Assembly (NCBI GenBank): GCA_964016885.1 | Contig: OZ024754.1 | Coordinates: 27,528,001 to 27,592,000, forward strand | DNA from: Eledone cirrhosa | Taxonomy: Eukaryota | Length of the DNA stretch: 64,000 bases | Direction of reading: 5' to 3' | Shown: in pieces, positions 55,658-64,000 of the stretch | Layout: each line of letters begins with the position of its first letter | Position numbering within the stretch: the stretch's first letter is position 1 | The notes under the pieces: generated by a model | Database searches by the model: none | Told to the model about the DNA's origin: nothing | The model's input: the letters and a program-made list of their open reading frames with translations, nothing else | Position numbers and translations under genes: made by a program

Positions 55658-57757
55658 ATGGCTACCAAAAAAAAAAAATTTCACACGTCACTCCCACTCA
55701 TTCCGTCTTCTTCTTCCTCAATCATCACTACAGGAGAGAGAAGATTGTCTCTCTCCCTCCCTTCTTTAAATGTGTCTCTCTCCCTACCTTCTCTTTCGCA
55801 AGCGACGAAAGAAAAGAAAAGTCTCGTGCAAAGCGTGCAAGGTTTCTCCACGACGACGACGACAGCGACGAAACAGGTGTGCGGGAAATACGAAAACCCA
55901 GTTCATTCGTCTGACGTCAGGAATAATAGCAGTAGCAGCCGTAATAACAACAGCAACAGTGACAATGAAAACAACAGTAGCAGCCGCAACAGCATCACCA
56001 GCAGCATAAACAACAACAGCATTAGCAGCAGCAACACCAACAACAACCACAGCAACAGCGGCGGAGGCAGTAGTCGTAGTACCTGCAGCAACAACAAAAG
56101 TACCAGCAGCTCTGACGACAACAACAACAGCAGAGAAAAACCAATCTCATTTGCAGGTATTGCGAAAAACCTGGAAACAATCCTCATAACAAATGAGGAA
56201 TTAGAGGAAGCGAAGAAGATGGTGACAAAGAACGGACACCGAGCAATCTGCAAGGCAGCGAAAAATTTTTTCGAAACCCAAGAGCACTGTACGGTCACGT
56301 ACCGTACAGTAAGTACAAAATCCCGTAGGGTGGAAAGAGCCACAGAGGCCCAAATACAAAAAGCCTTGGGGTCTGTGTGGCAGAGGAAAACGCACATCAC
56401 CCGAGGCAAAAAATACGCCACCGTAGACGTACTTTTTGCCACACCCCAGGAGGCAAAGGCCCAATCAGTAGTGACCCTAAGGAGCGAGGAAATGGTGTTG
56501 GTGCCCTCCTACTGCGGGCAAAAAATTGTGAGGGTCAAACTGACCCACGTCCCCCCCGGAATGACCCCTTCTTGGCTGGCCGCGTCTGTCCTCGTCGGAA
56601 TCGAGGACAAAACAACTGTACTGCAAGTACAGAAAAAAGTAAGAGAAGATTGGGTCGGCTCCTCCATTGAGATGCTAATCCAAACCAACCAGGAGTGCAT
56701 CGAAGCTATCCCGGATGTGATAGACTTCGATAACGGCACTCAACTGCCCATAAGTGTTGAGGGCAAACGCCCGAAATGCTTTCGCTGTGGATCGAAGACT
56801 CACCTCAGGGCCTTCTGCAACGAGAAGACCCTGAGAAAGGAGAAAACCCCCCTCCTCCCGAATCCGGTTCCACGGCTACCAGCAACAGGACAAGCGGCAA
56901 CCAGGAACGATAGGTCCGTGGCACCCATACCCACTCCACGGAAATCAAAGACAGCAGCAGCAGTGGAAATATTAACAACAACAACAGCAATACCAAATGC
57001 AGCTGCAACAGAGACTCCAGTGCAAACATCACCAACAACAACAAGTGAAAGAGTGGAGCTGGTACCCCTCCCCGACCTCACAGAATCAGACATGGAGTGT
57101 GAGGTGGGAGAGGGATGGCAAAAGGTCTCAAGAAGGCACAAACGCAGAAGCAGCGCATCGTCGCCTTTGAAAAGGGAGGAAAGAAATGAGAAAAGGGTAA
57201 AGTCTACTGCAAAGAGACCCACAGCAGCAACACCACCAACACCATCACCACCCACACCAGCACCACCATCACCACCGGCGACAACCCCACCGCCAACAAC
57301 ACCTTCAACACCACCACCACAAGCACCAACATCGCAAACACAACAACAAAACACACACACCCAGCAACAACGACAAGAAAATAGCAGAACCACACCCCAC
57401 CCCCAGAAAAACAAATGCACGGCAATAAACACACACAACAAGAAACTAATGACTTACATAATTGAACACACAGACATTTCACAACAGGACTACATAATAC
57501 CAGCACCAATCAAAACGCCAACTAACATAAGACTGCTAAAAATAGCACAGAAACAATACACAAACATTAAAACGAAATTCCCCAACGCAGTTGGTGATTT
57601 CAGGGACCTAGGAGGAACCATTAATCGAAGAGTATATTCAGACATTCTCTTAGAAGAGCCGACGACCAGCCGAAGGGACGATTCAACGGTCCCTTCACCA
57701 GACGATCAAGTGAAAAGGGATGTAAAAACCATCCCTCCTCTACCAAAAATACGGTAA
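55658..57757 (+). CDS. Tx1-like ORF1 nucleic-acid-binding protein (S/N-rich N-terminus, globular centre, CCHC knuckle, P/T-rich tail)
   Basis: First ATG at 55658 in a 710-codon frame; CFRCGSKTHLRAFC. Confidence 0.88.
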   Translation: MATKKKKFHTSLPLIPSSSSSIITTGERRLSLSLPSLNVSLSLPSLSQATKEKKSLVQSVQGFSTTTTTATKQVCGKYENPVHSSDVRNNSSSSRNNNSNSDNENNSSSRNSITSSINNNSISSSNTNNNHSNSGGGSSRSTCSNNKSTSSSDDNNNSREKPISFAGIAKNLETILITNEELEEAKKMVTKNGHRAICKAAKNFFETQEHCTVTYRTVSTKSRRVERATEAQIQKALGSVWQRKTHITRGKKYATVDVLFATPQEAKAQSVVTLRSEEMVLVPSYCGQKIVRVKLTHVPPGMTPSWLAASVLVGIEDKTTVLQVQKKVREDWVGSSIEMLIQTNQECIEAIPDVIDFDNGTQLPISVEGKRPKCFRCGSKTHLRAFCNEKTLRKEKTPLLPNPVPRLPATGQAATRNDRSVAPIPTPRKSKTAAAVEILTTTTAIPNAAATETPVQTSPTTTSERVELVPLPDLTESDMECEVGEGWQKVSRRHKRRSSASSPLKREERNEKRVKSTAKRPTAATPPTPSPPTPAPPSPPATTPPPTTPSTPPPQAPTSQTQQQNTHTQQQRQENSRTTPHPQKNKCTAINTHNKKLMTYIIEHTDISQQDYIIPAPIKTPTNIRLLKIAQKQYTNIKTKFPNAVGDFRDLGGTINRRVYSDILLEEPTTSRRDDSTVPSPDDQVKRDVKTIPPLPKIR

Positions 57758-57759
57758 GT
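57752..57759 (+). promoter_or_regulatory. Candidate splice donor / U1-binding site CG|GTAAGT overlapping the ORF1 stop
   Basis: Perfect intronic consensus, positionally conserved in D (46095, -) and B (37445, -). Confidence 0.45.
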
Positions 57760-57792
57760 GGTCTTTCCCATCTTTTCCACTCTATTTTAAAC

Positions 57793-60700
57793 ATGACCTC
57801 ACTCAGAATAGGCAGCATAAATGCGCGTGGCTTGGGGTCGTCATGGAAGCAGGGTCACCTGCTCAACGACCTCAGGTCACTAAACATAGATGTAGTGGCC
57901 ATCAGCGAGACCAGAATCTCCGAAGCACGGGCCTTCGCACCGATCTTCGGCGGCTACGATGTGTACGCATCTCCCAGCCGTCCTGGATCGGGTGGAGGAG
58001 TTGCTGTGCTTTTTCGGAGAGGTTTGGATCTCGCCATACGGGCCATCTTCCTGGACCCAGAGGGTAAGCTGGTGGTGCTGGACGTGACCAGCGGAGACGG
58101 GCAAGCTTTCAGGCTAGTGGCCGTCTATGCCCCGACAGGAGCAGGGCGGCCTGATTTCTTCCGGCGTCTGGAGACCTTTCTTGGAACGTCGCGCTCTTTA
58201 GTGTTAGTGGGCGACTGGAACGGGATCTTAGATGCACGCTGGGACTGTGTGGGATTAGCGGATAGGGGTGGAGGGTGCAAGAGCCTCACCAACCTGCTCA
58301 GGCGTTTTGAACTGTCTGACAGGTACCGATTGGATTTCCCGAATGTGCCAATGTGGACTTGGACAAACCGCATAGGGTCATCCAGATCATATCTAGATAG
58401 AGTATTTTGTAGGGAAATAGATAGGTCTAGCATAGGCTGTCCACAATTCAAGATAGTCAGCTACACGGACCACAAATTCGTGATCTGTGTGCTTGACTTA
58501 GATAGGCTTCATAGACGAGGACCCGGCTACTGGAAGCTAAACGCGTCCTTACCAGCGCGCAAGGCCTACAGAGACCGGATTAGCGAACTAGTTAAGCGGG
58601 CGTTGACGGGGGCCATCGTCAACAACAAGTGGTGGTTTGCTCTGAAAAGAGCGATTAGAATAGAATCGATTAGGTTTAGTAAGGCTTTAGCAATAGAGAA
58701 AAATAGAGCAGAGGGAGAACTAGTTAGAAAATTAGACGAGGCGCTTAGCAAAGGCATTGCGACCGACGTGCTTGCGGCGAAATTGGCCCTTGACCAATTC
58801 TTCAATGCAAAGCACGAAGGCTGCGTTGTCAGAGCTAGGGTGCGTGCTCTCAGACACGAGGGGACGAAAGCCGTTCAATGGGCCCGAGTGGCGGAGGCGC
58901 GTCGTGGCAACAAAGCCACGATCCGGTCTTTGGTGGACCACGACGGGCGCATGCTACTCGATCCCGGGCAAATGTGTGAAGCTTTTCAGCGACACTTCGC
59001 TCAGCTGTTCGGGGGCAGCGGGGGGCCGGGTAGAGGGATGGACTTTAGTGTCTACCTCGACGGGCTGCCGCGGCTCTCGGCCACTGAGGCGAGGTGTTGC
59101 GAAAAGCCGATAACAGCCGCTGAAGTACGGGAGGCAATGACTGGCTGCACAAGGGGTAAATCGCCTGGTTTGGATGGTCTGCCCTATGAACTTTACGTAC
59201 AGATGCCAGACTTGTTCGGAGGCCTCTTGGCGGACGTCTACTGCAACTGGCAACAGAACGGGAGAATTCCCAGTTCTGTGAGCCGAGGAGCGGTGGCACT
59301 GCTGAGAAAGGATCCGAACAAGGGGGATAACATAGACAATTTCCGGCCCATAACTCTGCTAAACACAGAGTTTAAGATTTTGGCCAAGGTGCTAGCAAAG
59401 AGGTTGGCGCTTGTCGTTGGTGGTCTGGTGGGAGAGGCGCAGACATGCGCCATTCCCGACAGATCCATCCACGACAACCTCCACCTCATGCGATACATCG
59501 TAGAGAGGGTAGCTAGGGAACCTGGCACGGGTGGGTCCTTGATCAATTTAGATCAGTCGAAAGCTTTCGATAGGGTCGACCATCGTTACCTAGCGGCAGT
59601 CCTGAGGGCGGCTGGCTTTGGGCCCGTCTTCAGAGGCTGGATCGCTGCCATGCACAGCGACATCTGCTCTGTGGTGAGAGTGAACGGTCACCTGTCGGAA
59701 CCGTTCAACATCATGCGCTCGGTCCGCCAAGGATGTCCCCTCTCGTCCCTCTTGTACGTATTGACTCTCGAGCCATTACTGCACAAACTGGAGACGTTGA
59801 GGGGAGTCCCGCGCGAACTAGGATGCGGAAGATCCGTGTCAGCATATGCGGACGATGTCACCGTAGTGGTGTCGAACGCCAAACACATCGAGGCGATCGG
59901 CACTACACTAAGAGAATACGAAGCGGTGACAGGAGCAATGATCAACCAGGAAAAGTCAGTGGGCCTGCAGCTCGGCACCTGGAGAGGCAGGTCCATGCCG
60001 TCCAACAGCGTCGTCGGGCGCTGGACGGACGGACCGGTTAAATTGCTAGGGGTCTGGTTCGGTCCGGACCTCCAGACGGACAAAAACTGGGACGAGGTGA
60101 CGAGCAGGGTGGCTTCTCTCACCCAGAAATGGGCGGAGAGGAAGCTATCCCTGAAAGGTCGAGCGGAGGTGGCTAACGCGTACATCGCGTCTGTCATCTG
60201 CTACCGCCTAACCGTCGTACCTTGTCCTAAGCCTCGCCTGACTGCGCTGGAGCGTTTGCTCTTTCGCTTTTTGTGGAAGGGACGTGCTCCGATGGTCAGG
60301 CGGTCCATCTGTTGTCAACACCCGCTACGTGGAGGGCTGGGCATGCCGTGGCTGATGATGCGCAGGCACGCGCTCAGGCTACGACATCTCCACCTCTTCC
60401 TCGACGGTGATCAGGTGTGGTCGCCGTTTGCTAGACGCGTTTTTCCCCAGCTCGTTTCCTTGACGGAGCTGCAGTCCTGGGTCAAGCGAAGACCGAGAGG
60501 GAGCGCCTGGAGACTGGAATGTCTTCAGGCGCTCACAGCCCTCGACCAATCGGGCAATGTGATCGGTGGAAACTCCACCTCGGCGTTCTATAGAGGATTA
60601 GTGGAGGGGAAGAGCGACGACGTACTTGGGGAAACTCTAGGCGTCGACGAAAATCAACTAGCCAATCTCTTCGGAAGAACTTTCGGGCCAGGGCCTATGG

Positions 60701-61212
60701 ACAACTTCCAGAAATCTCTGGCCTGGCAGTGCTACCGAGGAGCCTTGCCAGTTCGGGATAAACTCTACAGGCATGGAGGTGCCGTCAGCCGGGCATGTCC
60801 GAGATGCGCGCAGGGCGACGAAACCGTCCTGCACGCACTCGTCCAGTGTCCGAAAATTGCTGACTTGTGGGTTTATGTCGAACACCTGCTGTCGCGTTTA
60901 GGACGGATCCAGCTATCATCTGAGTCTATCGTGAGGATTGCCCCGCCCTCCTCCTTTAGCCGGGAAGGGCAGGCAGTTTTTATCTGTCTGGTGGCCATGG
61001 CGAAAGAGATAGTATGGTGGACACGTTTGAAAGGGCTGAAGACGAGCACTTACCTCTTCGGTGATGCTCTGATTGACTTTTTCAAATTTCATTTGAAAAG
61101 GAAAATCAGAGTAGAAAAGGAAGTGCTCTCTTCCCAGCATTTTGTTGAAAGATGGGTGAGAGAAGCAAGAATGGCCCGAGTGAATGGGCCGACTCTGAGT
61201 ATATATCTGTAA
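57793..61212 (+). CDS. Tx1-like ORF2: APE endonuclease + reverse transcriptase + C-terminal zinc finger (1139 aa)
   Basis: SINARGL, SET, VYAP, GDWN, SYLDR, YTDH, PGYWKLN, QGCPLS, YADD, CPRCAQGDETVLHALVQC. Confidence 0.96.
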   Translation: MTSLRIGSINARGLGSSWKQGHLLNDLRSLNIDVVAISETRISEARAFAPIFGGYDVYASPSRPGSGGGVAVLFRRGLDLAIRAIFLDPEGKLVVLDVTSGDGQAFRLVAVYAPTGAGRPDFFRRLETFLGTSRSLVLVGDWNGILDARWDCVGLADRGGGCKSLTNLLRRFELSDRYRLDFPNVPMWTWTNRIGSSRSYLDRVFCREIDRSSIGCPQFKIVSYTDHKFVICVLDLDRLHRRGPGYWKLNASLPARKAYRDRISELVKRALTGAIVNNKWWFALKRAIRIESIRFSKALAIEKNRAEGELVRKLDEALSKGIATDVLAAKLALDQFFNAKHEGCVVRARVRALRHEGTKAVQWARVAEARRGNKATIRSLVDHDGRMLLDPGQMCEAFQRHFAQLFGGSGGPGRGMDFSVYLDGLPRLSATEARCCEKPITAAEVREAMTGCTRGKSPGLDGLPYELYVQMPDLFGGLLADVYCNWQQNGRIPSSVSRGAVALLRKDPNKGDNIDNFRPITLLNTEFKILAKVLAKRLALVVGGLVGEAQTCAIPDRSIHDNLHLMRYIVERVAREPGTGGSLINLDQSKAFDRVDHRYLAAVLRAAGFGPVFRGWIAAMHSDICSVVRVNGHLSEPFNIMRSVRQGCPLSSLLYVLTLEPLLHKLETLRGVPRELGCGRSVSAYADDVTVVVSNAKHIEAIGTTLREYEAVTGAMINQEKSVGLQLGTWRGRSMPSNSVVGRWTDGPVKLLGVWFGPDLQTDKNWDEVTSRVASLTQKWAERKLSLKGRAEVANAYIASVICYRLTVVPCPKPRLTALERLLFRFLWKGRAPMVRRSICCQHPLRGGLGMPWLMMRRHALRLRHLHLFLDGDQVWSPFARRVFPQLVSLTELQSWVKRRPRGSAWRLECLQALTALDQSGNVIGGNSTSAFYRGLVEGKSDDVLGETLGVDENQLANLFGRTFGPGPMDNFQKSLAWQCYRGALPVRDKLYRHGGAVSRACPRCAQGDETVLHALVQCPKIADLWVYVEHLLSRLGRIQLSSESIVRIAPPSSFSREGQAVFICLVAMAKEIVWWTRLKGLKTSTYLFGDALIDFFKFHLKRKIRVEKEVLSSQHFVERWVREARMARVNGPTLSIYL

Positions 61213-61472
61213 ACTAAAGGTGGAAAACTGGGAGAGGGCACTTGCCTTGGTGGTCAGGGTCATTGTGGCTTTTTACTGGGCTTTCTCCACAAATGTCCCT
61301 CCGAAGTCTCCCCCCTATTGGGGAATTTTTCATTGTTATTTTCATTGTTATTTTTGTTACATCCTCTGTTTTTGTTTTTTTACACGCAGAAATGCCCATT
61401 TGTACCGTCCTGCATTGTCCTGCACTGTCCTTAATGTCTACTTTATGTAAACCCTTGTGGTTAATAAAGAAA

Positions 61473-61528
<56 letters not shown>

Positions 61529-61529
61529 A

Positions 61530-63121
<1,592 letters not shown>

Positions 63122-63122
<1 letters not shown>

Positions 63123-63135
63123 ATATATATTTGTG

Positions 63136-63213
<78 letters not shown>

Positions 63214-63214
63214 C

Positions 63215-63251
<37 letters not shown>

Positions 63252-63252
63252 C

Positions 63253-63341
<89 letters not shown>

Positions 63342-63350
63342 CGTGTGTGT
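63122..63350. repeat. (TA)n-(TG)n microsatellite
   Basis: Direct. Confidence 0.97.
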
Positions 63351-64000
63351 ATAAATTATTTGAGGTATTTTCATATTTCCTATGTAAATTTGTATTCAGT
63401 GCAGGGAATTATCATTTTTATTATTTTTGTCTAAATTATTTATTCTGCTATTATTGGCGCCAAATATATCTCCTTTGCTTTACTGAATATTCATTACATT
63501 AGAAGATACTATCAAATATAAAACACGTATGCTAATTACATTTACCTGCGCCCGCTTACTTCTTTCATACCATGGTCACGTGCCACACACCATTTTATCT
63601 TACTTAAATGTTTCTTTATAAACAGAAAACGTTGAAATTTTTCACGCGAATGTCAATCTTTGTTGTGATCAGTGTTTAAATGTTACCCAAGCCCCACAAC
63701 ATCTTGTCCTCATACCAATCTATCCAACATATTTCTGACCTTCAGATTGGTTATAGCACACACAGACTTTATCCTACTTTATTTGAATCTTAATTTTATT
63801 TTTCACTTCTCCATATTTATTTTCATTACCTTTTCACGAATTTTTCATTTATTTTTTATTCTCTATTTATTATTTATTTTCTGTTTTCTTCATTTATTGC
63901 CTTATATTTCTTCATATACATGGAAGAACCCCCCCCCCCCCCCACACCACCACTATGAGAGATGGTGGCAGGAGGGATGAAGAAAAAACACACACAGATA

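Larger units (their letters stand above)
55445..61474 (+). mobile_element. L1/Tx1-like element F, full length with both ORFs intact
   Basis: 5' UTR, ORF1, 35-nt spacer, ORF2, 3' UTR with AATAAA 61463-61468. (ATT)n at 55410-55444 and 61475-61527. Confidence 0.95.

Noticed and set aside
28633-61263. Numerous antisense and overlapping ORFs inside the LINEs
   Set aside because: Shadows of GC-richer coding sequence; they recur only because the copies are near-identical, and carry no recognisable motifs.

Overview
AT-rich eukaryotic (animal) DNA that is almost entirely microsatellite and retroelement, with no convincing host gene. The SINE families and repeat style suggest a cephalopod, probably octopus (inference from recognition, not a database hit). 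Three layers are visible. (1) A ~33-kb pile-up (28.3-61.5 kb) of non-LTR retrotransposons, almost all with junctions in (TAA)n/(ATT)n microsatellite: four L1/Tx1-like elements (CCHC ORF1 + APE-RT ORF2; one fully intact at 55445-61474) and R4/Dong-like RT+REL elements (one intact ORF at 51570-54962). The two clades sit in opposite orientations relative to the repeat strand. (2) Penelope-like (Naiad-type GIY-YIG) fragments and their pseudo-LTR derivatives, mostly in (TA)n tracts, carrying about seven different type-I hammerhead ribozyme motifs, several with unusual cores or long stem-II inserts. (3) tRNA-derived SINEs and degenerate tandem repeats. The most striking unexplained signals are a GGTAAGT splice-donor consensus conserved 38-39 nt before ORF2 in three Tx1 copies, with a candidate acceptor in the 3' UTR (ORF2 framed as an intron); an ORF1/5'UTR module swap at that same site; and a covarying pseudoknot-like motif shared by the 5' UTRs of two divergent Dong families. 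Most short ORFs in the ORF track are microsatellite or antisense artefacts.
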